From contig CAVVCK010000002.1 in the NCBI GenBank assembly GCA_963746775.1, positions 431,656 through 495,655 of the forward strand: DNA of 64,000 nucleotides, written 5' to 3'. Position numbers and translations under genes: made by a program. Below the pieces are notes generated by a model that was not told the DNA's origin, made no database searches, and saw only the letters and a list, made by a program, of their open reading frames with translations. The stretch comes from an uncultured bacterium. Its GTDB lineage: Bacteria > Patescibacteriota > JABMPQ01 > CAVVCK01. Positions 19,448 to 29,729 of the stretch are shown in pieces (the stretch's first letter is position 1; every line of letters begins with the position of its first letter).

Positions 19448-19726
19448 CTAAAAACTTCTTTCTTCGAATACTTCTTTTTTCAATTCTTCTATCTGCCTAA
19501 ATAATTCTTTGGCTTCTTCTACTGATAATTCTCCCTTGACCTGCCTTGCAATAATCTTTTGTCTTAAAGAAATAAAATATTCTCTCCCAAAAGCTTCTTT
19601 TCCTTTATTTGGATCTTGTTTTCTAAGTTCTTCTAACACCTTAGACATTTTGTCTTGTGTTTTAGCTCTCTTTAATTTTTCTTCTGCCAAATTTATTACT
19701 TCTGCTCCTTCTGATCTCTCATTCAT
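19448..19726 (-). CDS. Hypothetical small coiled-coil protein
   Basis: 92-aa charged ORF. No recognised family. Confidence 0.35.
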   Translation of the reverse strand: MNERSEGAEVINLAEEKLKRAKTQDKMSKVLEELRKQDPNKGKEAFGREYFISLRQKIIARQVKGELSVEEAKELFRQIEELKKEVFEERSF

Positions 19727-19730
19727 ATTT

Positions 19731-20312
19731 TTATATTATTAATTTCCCATAATCCCCTAGCCCTACATCAGCTGCATTCCCCTCATCCGTATCCATTTGA
19801 AAAGATAAACTGAATTTAGGGTGAATACGCACAATAACATCTTTAAAAATTAAAGCACGAGAACCAGTTATCTCCACTGATACTCTCTGCTTAGCTTCCA
19901 ATCCAAATTGCTTTGCTTCATCTGGAGATATATGTATATGACGCATAGCACAAATCAATCCTTTATCTAATTTTATTTCTCCTTTTGGACCTTTTACTAA
20001 TATGCCAGGTGTACCAATAATATCACCAGATACTCTGACCGGTGGAATATCGCCTAGTTTTCTGCCATCAGTTATAGAAACTTCTACCTGACTAAATAGA
20101 CGGCAGGGTCCAATCACCCTGACATTTTTAATTTCTCCCTTGGGACCAACTATATCAACTACCTCTTTAGATGCATATTGTCCTGGCTGAGATAATTCTT
20201 TTAGCGGTGATATTTTATATCCTTTGCCAAAAAGCTTCTCAACATTTTCCTGAGTTAAGTGGATATGGCGAGCAGATATTTCGACGGGAACTTTGTTGTA
20301 TGTATTTTTCAT
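19731..20312 (-). CDS. pduL: PduL-type phosphate acyltransferase (phosphotransacetylase function)
   Basis: Two PduL repeats, each with the xxRHIH signature (VEISARHIHLT and ICAMRHIHIS). Adjacent to ackA. Confidence 0.75.
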   Translation of the reverse strand: MKNTYNKVPVEISARHIHLTQENVEKLFGKGYKISPLKELSQPGQYASKEVVDIVGPKGEIKNVRVIGPCRLFSQVEVSITDGRKLGDIPPVRVSGDIIGTPGILVKGPKGEIKLDKGLICAMRHIHISPDEAKQFGLEAKQRVSVEITGSRALIFKDVIVRIHPKFSLSFQMDTDEGNAADVGLGDYGKLII

Positions 20313-20355
20313 ATTTTTTTCGTAGGAGCAAAACAGTGTTCTACTCCTACATTAG

Positions 20356-21912
20356 TTATATATATTCTAAAAGATTTGTCCCCGTCATCTCTTCCGGCTT
20401 ATCTAATCCCATCAAACTCAATACGGTAGTCGTCACATCAGTTAAAATCCCAATAGGTAATAATAAACTTAAATCTTCCAACTTGCCTTGCCCTTTTTTA
20501 TTATTTGAAATAGCTATAAAAGGCACCGGATTTACCGTATGCTCTTTATTTATTTCGCCATTTATCAAATTAATCATAATATCAGCATTACCATGATCGG
20601 CAGTAATTATGACATTGCCATCTTTTTCTAAAATTTTTGGCATAACTTTACTCAAACACTTGTCTATCGTCTCTATACCTTTTATGGCTGCCTGTAAATT
20701 TCCGGTATGACCTACCATATCTGAATTAGCATAATTAATTAGGGTAAAATCATGTTCTCCTTTTTCTATATCTTCTAAAACTTTATCCGTTACTTCTAAA
20801 GCACTCATTTCTGGCTTCTTATCATATGAATCTACTTGTGGTGAAGGAATTAACATTCTATCTTCACCCTTAAATGGATCAATACGACCACAGTTAAAAA
20901 AAACAGTTACATGGGCATATTTTTCTGTTTCAGCAATACGTAATTGTTTTAAATTATTTTTACTCACCACTTCACCTAAAACATTATTTATTTTGTTTTC
21001 TGTAAATACAATTTTTACTGGCAAGCCTTCGTCATATTTAGTCATGCAGACAAAATATAGATTAGGGATTAGTTCCCTCTTAAATCCATCAAACTCCGGA
21101 GAAGTTATGGCTCTGGTTATTTGTTTGGCTCTGTCAGACCGGAAATTAAAAAATATTACCGCATCATTAGCTGATATTTTACCGTCAACTCCTTTTATTA
21201 CTACCGGCTCTAGCTCTTCATCATAAATATTTCTTTTATAAGAATCTTCTATGGCTTCTTTAGTGTTTTTACTCTCTCTGCCTTCTCCTAAAACCATAAC
21301 GCGATAAGCTTTCTCTACTCTCTCCCACCTATTATCACGATCTAAAGCATAAAACCTACCAGAAATTGTAGCAATTTTACCAACTCTTAATTTTTTAATT
21401 TTTTGCTCTAGCTCTAAAATAAAATCTTTGGCAGAATCTTTGGGCGTATCACGGCCATCAGTAAAAGCATGAATATAAACGTTCCTAACTTTTTCCTTTT
21501 TTGCTAATTCTAAAAGTGCATATAAATGTCTGCTGTGGCTATGAACCCCGCCAGGACTTACTAATCCCATTAGGTGTAAAGAAGAGTTATTTTTTTTAAC
21601 ATGCTCAATAGCACCTATTAAAGCTTTATTGGTAAAAAAAGACTTATCTTGAATAGCTTTATCTATTTTAGGCAATTCTTGATACATTACCCTACCTGAT
21701 CCCAAGTTCATATGCCCCACTTCCGAATTGCCAAATTCAAATTTAGGCAAGCCTACTTCTTCTCCGGAAGCTTGTAATAAAGCATGTGGGTAATCGCGAA
21801 TCAGGCTATCAAAAAAAGGCTTTTTGGCTCGAGCTACCGCATTTCCTTCGTGCATGGGAGCTATGCCAAAGCCATCTAGAACTATTAAGATTGTAGGTTT
21901 AATATTTGACAA
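20356..21912 (-). CDS. gpmI: 2,3-bisphosphoglycerate-independent phosphoglycerate mutase
   Basis: ILIVLDGFGIA N-terminus. 518 aa, iPGM family. Confidence 0.9.
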   Translation of the reverse strand: MSNIKPTILIVLDGFGIAPMHEGNAVARAKKPFFDSLIRDYPHALLQASGEEVGLPKFEFGNSEVGHMNLGSGRVMYQELPKIDKAIQDKSFFTNKALIGAIEHVKKNNSSLHLMGLVSPGGVHSHSRHLYALLELAKKEKVRNVYIHAFTDGRDTPKDSAKDFILELEQKIKKLRVGKIATISGRFYALDRDNRWERVEKAYRVMVLGEGRESKNTKEAIEDSYKRNIYDEELEPVVIKGVDGKISANDAVIFFNFRSDRAKQITRAITSPEFDGFKRELIPNLYFVCMTKYDEGLPVKIVFTENKINNVLGEVVSKNNLKQLRIAETEKYAHVTVFFNCGRIDPFKGEDRMLIPSPQVDSYDKKPEMSALEVTDKVLEDIEKGEHDFTLINYANSDMVGHTGNLQAAIKGIETIDKCLSKVMPKILEKDGNVIITADHGNADIMINLINGEINKEHTVNPVPFIAISNNKKGQGKLEDLSLLLPIGILTDVTTTVLSLMGLDKPEEMTGTNLLEYI

Positions 21913-21953
21913 TATGTTTATTTTATGATTTTATTAAATTACAGGAGGTAAAA

Positions 21954-22079
21954 GTGGCGAAGATATATTACTCAAAACAAAAGGCCGAGAGAAGAGGGGC
22001 TGCTGCTGGATTAGCAATAGGAATTTTTTTCTTTTTATTTTTGTTAATAGCACTAACACCTAACCACTTGTTCTTTTAG
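21954..22079 (+). CDS. Small single-TM peptide (41 aa), candidate
   Basis: SD CAGGAGGT 6 nt before GTG. MAKIYYSKQKAERRGAAAGLAIGIFFFLFLLIALTPNHLFF. A terminator hairpin follows. Confidence 0.3.
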   Translation: MAKIYYSKQKAERRGAAAGLAIGIFFFLFLLIALTPNHLFF

Positions 22080-22142
22080 AGAGTTTGTATGTCAATTACT
22101 CTCTTAAAATCAGAAAACATAATTATTTGTGTTTTGTGGTTT

Positions 22143-22168
22143 ATCCCCCACCATTTATGGTGGGGGAT
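22143..22168. terminator. Hairpin ATCCCCCACCA-ttta-TGGTGGGGGAT between the small plus ORF and eno
   Basis: GC-rich 11-bp stem with T-rich plus-strand tail. Confidence 0.6.
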
Positions 22169-22172
22169 TTTA

Positions 22173-23432
22173 TTATTTTAGCAGATTCTCAATTTCCATT
22201 AACCTATTATACTTAGCAATTCTTTCTCCTCTTGATAATGATCCCGTTTTTATAAATCCTGCTCCGGTACCAACTGCAAGGTCAGATATAAAAGTATCAG
22301 TGGTCTCCCCTGATCTGTGAGATATAATTGCTTTAAAACCAGCATCAAAAGCTTTTTTAATACACTGCAGAGTTTCAGTTACAGATCCAATTTGATTTAA
22401 TTTTATTAAAATAGAATTGGCTAATTTTTTCTCAATTCCCATCTCCAACCTCTTCATATTGGTAACAAATAAATCATCACCAACAATTTGAATTTTGTCA
22501 CCCAATCTTTTCGTCACCTTCTGCCAACCTTCGAAATCATCTTCATCCAAAGGATCTTCTATAGATAAAAATGGATATTTTTCAACCCAATCAGCATACA
22601 TTAAAACTAATTGTTCTGCATCTAGAGTTTTATCTTGAGCTTTAAAGTAATAATTTTTAGACTCCTTCTTATAAAATTCAGAAGCGGCAGCATCTATAGC
22701 TAGCATAATATCACTACCTGCCTTGTATCCTGCTTTTTCAATTGCTTCTATTATATATCCAAGAGCTTGATCATTATTTTCTAGGCTAGGAGCATAACCA
22801 CCTTCATCACCTACAGTTGTAGTATAGCCTGCTTGTTTTAAAATTTTACCTAAACTATGAAATACCTCAGCGCCTTGTCTTAGGCGCTCAGCAAAAGACT
22901 CTGCTTGAGGCATAATCATATATTCCTGAATATCTAAACCTGAATCAGCATGTGCTCCTCCATTAACAATATTCATTTGAGGATAAGGAAGACTATATTC
23001 AGCACTACCACCTATTTTTTCAAAATTCTCTTTTACATATTCATAGGGCTCTAGTCCTTTTGATTTGGCAACTGCATTAAATATAGCTAGCGATACTCCC
23101 AGGATTGCATTGGCGCCTAGCTCGGATTTGTTTTCTGTCCCATCTAAATCTATCATTATTTTATCTACCTGTGCATGATCTGAAACATCTTGGTTTATCA
23201 ATGCTTTTAATATTTTTGTATTTACATTTTCACAAGCTTTAAGTGTTCCCTTGCCACCATATCTATTGGAATCACCATCACGAAGTTCTAGGGCTTCATG
23301 AGTACCCGTAGATGCGCCTGATGGTACTAAACCTAAACCTTCCGTTCCGTCTTCTAGTATAGCTTTTACTTCTACAGTTGGATTGCCGCGTGAATCTAAG
23401 ATTTCACGAGCTTTTAATGTTTTTAATTTCAT
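22173..23432 (-). CDS. eno: Enolase
   Basis: [15 protein letters not shown]-terminal signature. 419 aa. Confidence 0.92.
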   Translation of the reverse strand: MKLKTLKAREILDSRGNPTVEVKAILEDGTEGLGLVPSGASTGTHEALELRDGDSNRYGGKGTLKACENVNTKILKALINQDVSDHAQVDKIMIDLDGTENKSELGANAILGVSLAIFNAVAKSKGLEPYEYVKENFEKIGGSAEYSLPYPQMNIVNGGAHADSGLDIQEYMIMPQAESFAERLRQGAEVFHSLGKILKQAGYTTTVGDEGGYAPSLENNDQALGYIIEAIEKAGYKAGSDIMLAIDAAASEFYKKESKNYYFKAQDKTLDAEQLVLMYADWVEKYPFLSIEDPLDEDDFEGWQKVTKRLGDKIQIVGDDLFVTNMKRLEMGIEKKLANSILIKLNQIGSVTETLQCIKKAFDAGFKAIISHRSGETTDTFISDLAVGTGAGFIKTGSLSRGERIAKYNRLMEIENLLK

Positions 23433-23517
23433 TATGTTTTATATTAATTTATGTAGTACCAACCCCTCCTGGTTGGTTTTCTAAACATACCAGCCTAAAG
23501 AGGCTGGTACTACTTTT

Positions 23518-24699
23518 TTATTTATCATTCAAGGCTGCAATTCCTGGTAGTTCCTTCCCTTCCAAAAACTCCAACATCGCTCCGCCACCAGTCGATACAA
23601 AGGTTAATTTTTCCTCTAAACCTAAGCTTCTAACCAAATCAAGTGTCTCCCCCCCACCAATAATACTTTTAGCATTGCTGTTTGCTACAGCCTGGGCTAT
23701 TTCATAAGAACCTTTGGCAAATTCTGGAACTTCAAAAAGCCCCATGGGACCATTCCAAATTACCATATTTGAATAATTTATAATTTCTTTATATTGAGCA
23801 ATGGTCTTTGGTCCAATATCTAGAATCATTTCAAAGTCTTTTAAATCTGTCCCATTTGAAATCCTAGATTTAGCGTTTTCATTTGGACTGCTAGCTACAA
23901 TATAATCTTGAGGCATATATAATTTATTCTCCCCTTCTTCTAGATATGGTAATAATTTTTTTGCCTCAAATGCCATTTCTCTCTCTACTTTAGATTTGCC
24001 AACATTCTGTCCTTTTTCTATAAGAATATTATTAACCAAAGCTCCACCTAATAAAACTTTCTCTGCTAGCTCTAATAATTTTTCAATAACTTTAATTTTA
24101 GTAGAAATTTTAGCTCCACCTATTAAACAAACCAAAGGATGTTCCGGATTTCTTAAAATATTAGATAAATTATTAATTTCTTCTTCCATTAATAATCCGG
24201 CTACAGCTGGTATAAATTTTGTTACTCCTTCAGTTGAAGCATGAGCCCGATGAGCTGTCCCAAAGGCATCATTAACATAAATATCAGCTAAGCTTGCTAG
24301 TTTCTTGGCAAATTCTGGATTATTTTCTTCTTCCTCAGCATGAAATCTTAAATTTTCTAGTAAAACAATGTCTCCTTTCTGCATACCGGCTACCTCAGTT
24401 TCTACTTCTTCTCCGATACAATCACTTAACATTAGAACTGATTCATTTAGTAAGGTTGATAAATATCTGGCTACTGGTTCTAATCTTAATTCTTCTACTA
24501 TTTTTCCTTTTGGTTTTCCTAAATGAGACATTAAAATAATTCTGGCTCCTTGTTCTATTAAATATTTAATAGTAGGTAATGCTTTTACAATTCTAGTATC
24601 ATCACTTACTTTTCCCTCCGAGGTTAGAGGCACATTAAAATCCACACGCATTAATACTTTTTTGCCCCTAATGTCGATGTCTTTTATTGTTTTTTTCAT
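23518..24699 (-). CDS. pgk: Phosphoglycerate kinase
   Basis: RVDFNVP motif and GGGA...NGPMG motifs. 393 aa. Confidence 0.92.
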   Translation of the reverse strand: MKKTIKDIDIRGKKVLMRVDFNVPLTSEGKVSDDTRIVKALPTIKYLIEQGARIILMSHLGKPKGKIVEELRLEPVARYLSTLLNESVLMLSDCIGEEVETEVAGMQKGDIVLLENLRFHAEEEENNPEFAKKLASLADIYVNDAFGTAHRAHASTEGVTKFIPAVAGLLMEEEINNLSNILRNPEHPLVCLIGGAKISTKIKVIEKLLELAEKVLLGGALVNNILIEKGQNVGKSKVEREMAFEAKKLLPYLEEGENKLYMPQDYIVASSPNENAKSRISNGTDLKDFEMILDIGPKTIAQYKEIINYSNMVIWNGPMGLFEVPEFAKGSYEIAQAVANSNAKSIIGGGETLDLVRSLGLEEKLTFVSTGGGAMLEFLEGKELPGIAALNDK

Positions 24700-24764
24700 T
24701 TTTTAAAGTTAGAATTTTAAATTTAGAATCTAGCTATTTTATTCTATATTCTACATTATAAATT

Positions 24765-25019
24765 CTACATTCCTTCAATCTCTTTTATTTTAACATAAGG
24801 ACCGCTAATTTGGCTAATTTCTACTTTAGAACCGCTCAAAACTGTCCCTTTACTTAATAATTTAATATTAAATTTCAAATTAGAAGGTAGAATAGTTTCT
24901 CCATGCTCAGAAATTTTTCCCAAGCCAATTTTAATATTAGTAATTTTTTTTAAGCCATTTTTTCTGGCATACTCTTTTATATCCCGAACTATTTTGTCTG
25001 CTGCATGTAGGTCGTGCAT
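24765..25019 (-). CDS. HypA-like hydrogenase nickel-insertion protein, N-terminal domain only (no zinc finger)
   Basis: MHDLHAADKIVRDIKEYARKNG resembles the HypA MHE(L/M)S(L) N-terminus. There are no cysteines, so the Zn-ribbon is absent. Confidence 0.4.
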   Translation of the reverse strand: MHDLHAADKIVRDIKEYARKNGLKKITNIKIGLGKISEHGETILPSNLKFNIKLLSKGTVLSGSKVEISQISGPYVKIKEIEGM

Positions 25020-25060
25020 AAAATCAATATAACATTAAAACAATATAATTAAATAACAAT

Positions 25061-25429
25061 TTATTTTTTATTATCTATACTTTTTCCTAAAGTTTTCAGT
25101 TCTGTCCAAAGCATAACACCTATTTCATCGGCTAATTTTAAAGCAATAATGTAATCTTCTTTTTTTATATAATTCTCATTTAAAGAGAAATAGAGAAGGT
25201 ACTTAGACTCTTTTAATGATCCATAAGATATTTCAAGAAAATTCAACTGGACAGCTCTTTTCCTTCTAGCAAAACCTTCAATATAATTAAGTATCACCGA
25301 GAGTAATGATCTTCTTATCTATGAAACAACTCCATATAATTCTGCCTTTGGATATCCCCTGGTTAATTTATACATTGAATGAACATATTCATCCATTTTT
25401 AATTTTAACTCATCTTGAAACTTAGGCAT
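25061..25429 (-). CDS. Four-helix-bundle (TIGR02436/Avd-like) protein gene interrupted by an in-frame TAG at 25319-25321
   Basis: Continuous frame MPKFQDELKLKMDEYVHSMYKLTRGYPKAELYGVVS-TAG-IRRSLLSVILNYIEGFARRK...DEIGVMLWTELK. The stop sits where the family has a conserved Gln (..LTSQLRRA..). Confidence 0.55.
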
Positions 25430-25466
25430 TTGTTATTTTGTTCTTGTGTTATCTTGTTATTTTGGC

Positions 25467-26735
25467 TTAATGTACCGAACACGTAATACAAGGATCATAA
25501 GCTCTGATCATCATTTTTATTTTCCTTGTTCTTTCTTCTTCTGTCAAATTTAGAACTCTTGATAAATATTGTTCTAAATCTCTTTCCATATTAGATATTA
25601 GTTGCGCTGTTGGTGTAATAATATTTAGTTTAGTAATCTTTCCCTTGCTACTTATTCCATAGGCATGATAAAGCGTTCCCCGAGGCGCTTCTATCGCTCC
25701 TACTCCGTAGCCTTCTTTCACTTTATAATCTGTAGCTATATTTTTCAAATCTGATTTTAAAACTTTTTCTAATAATTTTATACTTTCTTCAATACTATCA
25801 ATAATTTCAATCATTTGCGCTAAAATATTGTAAAAAGAATTACAAGAAGGCAATATAATACCCGATTTTTTTAATAATTTTTGCGCTTCTCTGTTTAATT
25901 TTTCATGATTAATATTAAGCCGGGCCAGTGCCCCTACCATAATTTCTTTATCGTTTTTCTTAACCCTCTTAACTGCTTCATAGGGCAATTGAATTTCTTC
26001 TATATTATTTTCAAATTTATCTGGTGAAATATTTAATCCTTTCGTTGATACTACGCTACCATCATATATTGAATATTCCTTTTTATTGCTCAAAGCTACA
26101 TATTCCGTCTCCCGACTAAAGCCTGGATATTTTAATTTGCTAAAAAATTCTCCTAGAATTGCAGCTTCTTTTAATATCTGACCACTTTGTTTTAGTAATT
26201 TCTCTACTTTAGATCGATTTGGTGCTACTCTAAAACCTCCTATTTTGCCAGACACAGGATGTATTGATCTTCCACCAAAAACATGAATCAGCTCATTACC
26301 ATATTCTCTAATGGACAAAGCTAGCTTAGTATATTCTGGAAATTGTTTAATTAAAGTAGAAGCTTCTGAAATATCAAAGAAATCTGATAGAGATAAAAAA
26401 TAAATATGCAGTGTATGGCTTTGAATAAATTGGCCCAGCATTAAAATTTTACGCATTATAACTGCATCTTCGGGAATTTTAACGTCTAAAGCTGATTCAA
26501 CGGCTTTTAGCGCAGTTAAGTAGTGAACAACCGGACATACTCCGCAAATACGAGCTGAAATATTAGCTGCTTCTTCAAAATTCCTGCCTACCATTATTCT
26601 CTCAAAAAGCCTAATGCCCATTATTACTTCAAAGCGAGCTTTTTGAACATTACCATTAACAATATCACCAATAAATCCAGCATGGCCTTCAATTTTGTCT
26701 ATTTGATTAATTTTAATTGTTCTTTTATTACTCAT
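25467..26735 (-). CDS. [NiFe] hydrogenase large (alpha) subunit, group 3b-like
   Basis: N-terminal RICGVCPVVH (L1) and C-terminal DPCITCSVH (L2). The protein ends at the His, with no C-terminal extension. Confidence 0.85.
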   Translation of the reverse strand: MSNKRTIKINQIDKIEGHAGFIGDIVNGNVQKARFEVIMGIRLFERIMVGRNFEEAANISARICGVCPVVHYLTALKAVESALDVKIPEDAVIMRKILMLGQFIQSHTLHIYFLSLSDFFDISEASTLIKQFPEYTKLALSIREYGNELIHVFGGRSIHPVSGKIGGFRVAPNRSKVEKLLKQSGQILKEAAILGEFFSKLKYPGFSRETEYVALSNKKEYSIYDGSVVSTKGLNISPDKFENNIEEIQLPYEAVKRVKKNDKEIMVGALARLNINHEKLNREAQKLLKKSGIILPSCNSFYNILAQMIEIIDSIEESIKLLEKVLKSDLKNIATDYKVKEGYGVGAIEAPRGTLYHAYGISSKGKITKLNIITPTAQLISNMERDLEQYLSRVLNLTEEERTRKIKMMIRAYDPCITCSVH

Positions 26736-27478
26736 TGTTTTTTTAATTTTTCAATTTTTACTCCATAAACTTCCATCATTTCATAAATCTCTTTCTCACT
26801 CACCCTATCTTTCAATGCTTTAATTATATTTTCCCAGTTAGCCTCTTTCAAAAATCCTCTACAACCATAGCACTCTAACCCACCAGATAAACAAGCAGCA
26901 CCACATCCTCCAGCTGTAGCCGGTCCCAAGCATGGCTTTCCTTCTTGTAATAAGCATTTATAACCATTTATTTGGCACTCATAACAAACTGGCCTTTGGA
27001 TATTCTTAGGATTACGGCCAGCTAGCAGCATATATACTATTCTCAAGAAATCTTTATTATCAATAGGACAGCCCAGCACTTCATAATCAACTTTAACGAC
27101 TTCTTTAACTGATTCTACTTTATAATCTTCCACTTCCTTTGGTCTTTCGTAAACAAATTTAGGCTTCACTAATTTAGGATGATAATTTTTCATTTTCTGC
27201 ACTCCCCCATGAGTAGCGCAAGTACCCAGCGCTATTAAAATCTTACTTCGTCCGCGAATACTTTTTAAAAATTTAAATTGTTCATCTAATAATGGAGTAC
27301 CTTCTACAAAGACAATATCATAGTTGCCTTCCTCGGGTAGTTCTTCAATCAAATGAAATTCTGCCAAATCAATTCTTTTAGTTAATTCTAAAAATTTCTC
27401 ACCTAAATCTAGGATAGCAAATTCACATCCCTCACAGCATGTTAAGCTTACTATCCCTACTTTTGGTTTCTTAGTCAT
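26732..27478 (-). CDS. [NiFe] hydrogenase small (delta) subunit, group 3-type
   Basis: GIVSLTCCEGCEFAI proximal-cluster motif. ATGA overlap with the large subunit gene. Confidence 0.8.
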   Translation of the reverse strand: MTKKPKVGIVSLTCCEGCEFAILDLGEKFLELTKRIDLAEFHLIEELPEEGNYDIVFVEGTPLLDEQFKFLKSIRGRSKILIALGTCATHGGVQKMKNYHPKLVKPKFVYERPKEVEDYKVESVKEVVKVDYEVLGCPIDNKDFLRIVYMLLAGRNPKNIQRPVCYECQINGYKCLLQEGKPCLGPATAGGCGAACLSGGLECYGCRGFLKEANWENIIKALKDRVSEKEIYEMMEVYGVKIEKLKKQ

Positions 27479-27510
27479 AAAAAGATAAAAATTTTAAAAC
27501 ATTAAAACAA

Positions 27511-27870
27511 TTATTTTGAATCTTTGATATTTTTTATTTCAGTCCAAAGCAGAGCACCTATTTCATCTGCTAATTCCATTCCCTTTTTATATTGATTTTC
27601 GTTAATAAATCCTTCCATTAAAGAAAAATGTAAAAGATATTTAGTTTCTTTCAATAATCCATACGACATCATTGAAAAATTTCTCTGATTACCCTTATTA
27701 AATCTTGCAAAACCTTCTATATAATTAAGTATTACTGACAATGAAACTCGTTTAAGTTAAGAAACTATACCGAATAATTCTTCTTTTGGAAAATTGTATG
27801 ATATCTTATAGCAATAATGAGCATATTGATCCATTTTCTTTTTCAATATTTCTCTATAATTCTCTTTCAT
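27511..27870 (-). CDS. Four-helix-bundle (TIGR02436/Avd-like) protein gene interrupted by an in-frame TAA at 27757-27759
   Basis: Continuous frame MKENYREILKKKMDQYAHYCYKISYNFPKEELFGIVS-TAA-LKRVSLSVILNYIEGFARFNK...DEIGALLWTEIK. Paralog of 25061..25429, with the stop at the identical aligned position. Confidence 0.55.
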
Positions 27871-27905
27871 TAATTTTGTTCTCGTGCTCTAGTGTTTTAA
27901 TGTTT

Positions 27906-28652
27906 TTATAATCCTATATTCGCCAACCCTACACTATACCCATTCCACTTATTCAAATTCATCACTTGCAAATCACTCAACTTATCACAAGCCCAAAACC
28001 AGTGCATGGAGACAAAGTCTCCTATTTTTATATTTTCAATAAACTTCTTATTATTAAATTTAAAATATATATCTTTATTTTCTAAATTTCCAAAGATAAA
28101 CTGATTATCTTTAAATATTAAAGGCCTATATTTTATTTCTAATTTTCCAGATTTTATTTTTAAAACACGTGTAGGCAATATTAAACATTCATTAATAGTC
28201 TCCAAAGTATGCTCTACTGGATAATAACCTGTTCGCTTGGGAATATTCAGCACATGAAAGCTATGATGAGGCTTCGCTCCCATCGGAATCTTACCAATTA
28301 CCTTCTCTGCCATTTTCATTTTAAACTTTTTCTTCAAGTTCTGCTTATCAATCAAATAACTATAGAAATTATTCATAGAAACATTATTCAGAAGATCATT
28401 CCCTATCCAATAAGCTTCACTAACTTTAGAATTAAGTGGATCTGAAATATGACTAGCATCAGCAATTAATTTTAAATAAGGATACATAGTCTGAAATTCA
28501 GCTAAAATCTCTTCTAACCCTTTATCTTGCTGATTCTGAGATACATATTCAAAAAGATTGCTATTCTTATCACCTCCGCAATACTGCAGCTTATTAGGAC
28601 TAAAGGCATAACGAGCTGCAATCAACATTCCATTATACGATAGGTTTTCCAT
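27906..28652 (-). CDS. Hypothetical protein
   Basis: 248-aa ORF, no family recognised. Overlaps the upstream DMT transporter gene by 20 nt. Confidence 0.4.
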   Translation of the reverse strand: MENLSYNGMLIAARYAFSPNKLQYCGGDKNSNLFEYVSQNQQDKGLEEILAEFQTMYPYLKLIADASHISDPLNSKVSEAYWIGNDLLNNVSMNNFYSYLIDKQNLKKKFKMKMAEKVIGKIPMGAKPHHSFHVLNIPKRTGYYPVEHTLETINECLILPTRVLKIKSGKLEIKYRPLIFKDNQFIFGNLENKDIYFKFNNKKFIENIKIGDFVSMHWFWACDKLSDLQVMNLNKWNGYSVGLANIGL

Positions 28653-29553
28653 GTAATTGTTTTTGATCTTCTAGTTTCTCTCTAAATTTCCAAAACAAAA
28701 CTACTCCCACTAAAATTATTAACGCTCCCAATATTTTATCTAACGACAATTTATGAGTTACAAAAGTAGCGTTTAAAAATGTTGTAATTGGTGAAGCTAA
28801 TACTAAAACCGAAGCTGTCACCGTCACTGGCAATTTCTTCAAAGCACTATACCAAGTAATTACATACCCGCCTAAAAATAGTGAGACCAATAATATCCAA
28901 GCCATTTGATTAGAGCTTAAATCTAGCAAACCTCCCATATTCCCTGTAAATAATAAAAATAAAACTAAAATAATTGATCCAAAAAACATTCTGCCCCAAG
29001 CTAGGACCATCGAATCAATATTCTTTAGAGCAATTTTGGCAATAATATTTTCCGCAGCCCATAAAAGCGTGGCTATCAATATTAAAATTTCAGCGTACCC
29101 GAATTTCAGTCCAGAAAAGCCTTCAAAAATTACATTGCCTGTTAATAAAATTCCCAAAGCTATAAATTGCAATTTACTTAGCTTCTCTTTTAAAATCGGA
29201 AAGGCTAGGATAGCCACCCAAATAAATAAAGTTTTATGTATAAATGAGGCAGATACTGGAGAGGTAAGGCTTAAGCCTTGGAAAAACAATAAAAAAGGAA
29301 CGCTGCCACCTATTAAGCCTATTAAGCTTAATTTCAGCCAGTCTTTTTTACTTAATAATTTTAATTTCTTAAAAATAAAAGGAGTTAGAACTATTAATGT
29401 CAAAAATAGAGCAACTACTACATTTTTCAAGGTCGTATATTGAAAAGCATTTTTACCTAAAGCCTGCATGCCAAATTTATTAAAAAAATTGGCTAAGCCA
29501 GAGATGACGGCCGTTGCTAGGACTAAATAGAATCCTTTTTGAATATTGATCAT
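28633..29553 (-). CDS. DMT-superfamily (EamA-like) transporter
   Basis: 306 aa with ~10 TM helices in two EamA-like halves. Confidence 0.7.
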   Translation of the reverse strand: MINIQKGFYLVLATAVISGLANFFNKFGMQALGKNAFQYTTLKNVVVALFLTLIVLTPFIFKKLKLLSKKDWLKLSLIGLIGGSVPFLLFFQGLSLTSPVSASFIHKTLFIWVAILAFPILKEKLSKLQFIALGILLTGNVIFEGFSGLKFGYAEILILIATLLWAAENIIAKIALKNIDSMVLAWGRMFFGSIILVLFLLFTGNMGGLLDLSSNQMAWILLVSLFLGGYVITWYSALKKLPVTVTASVLVLASPITTFLNATFVTHKLSLDKILGALIILVGVVLFWKFREKLEDQKQLHGKPIV

Positions 29554-29609
29554 TTTTTTGTTAATACAAATTACAAATTAAACAATTATCTACACTATTC
29601 TGTTTTTGA

Positions 29610-29670
29610 CCTGCTTATCTGTAATATTTAAAAAGCGGACTTAGCGGATTTTAGCAGATACGCGGAAAAA
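29610..29670. repeat. Family-2 palindromic element, degenerate copy
   Basis: CTGCTTATCTGTAAT...AGCGGACTTAGCGGATTTTAGCAGATACGCGGAAAAATAT shares the GCGGATT..GCGGAAAA core with 13851-13930. Confidence 0.45.
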
Positions 29671-29729
29671 TATATTATTTAATATTTTTATTTTACTACT
29701 TATAGAGCCTTGGTGCAATGTTGAAAAGT

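Noticed and set aside
25319-27759. Genome-wide reassignment of TAG/TAA to Gln (alternative genetic code)
   Set aside because: TAA and TAG terminate well-defined conserved genes in this window at their expected C-termini (for example GT4 at 6786 and ROK kinase at 16933 end with TAG, and most others with TAA). Any recoding must therefore be local or context-dependent.
24765-27870. Diversity-generating retroelement (Avd-like four-helix-bundle genes present)
   Set aside because: No reverse transcriptase gene and no recognisable TR/VR pair within the window. The four-helix-bundle family is broader than DGR Avd.
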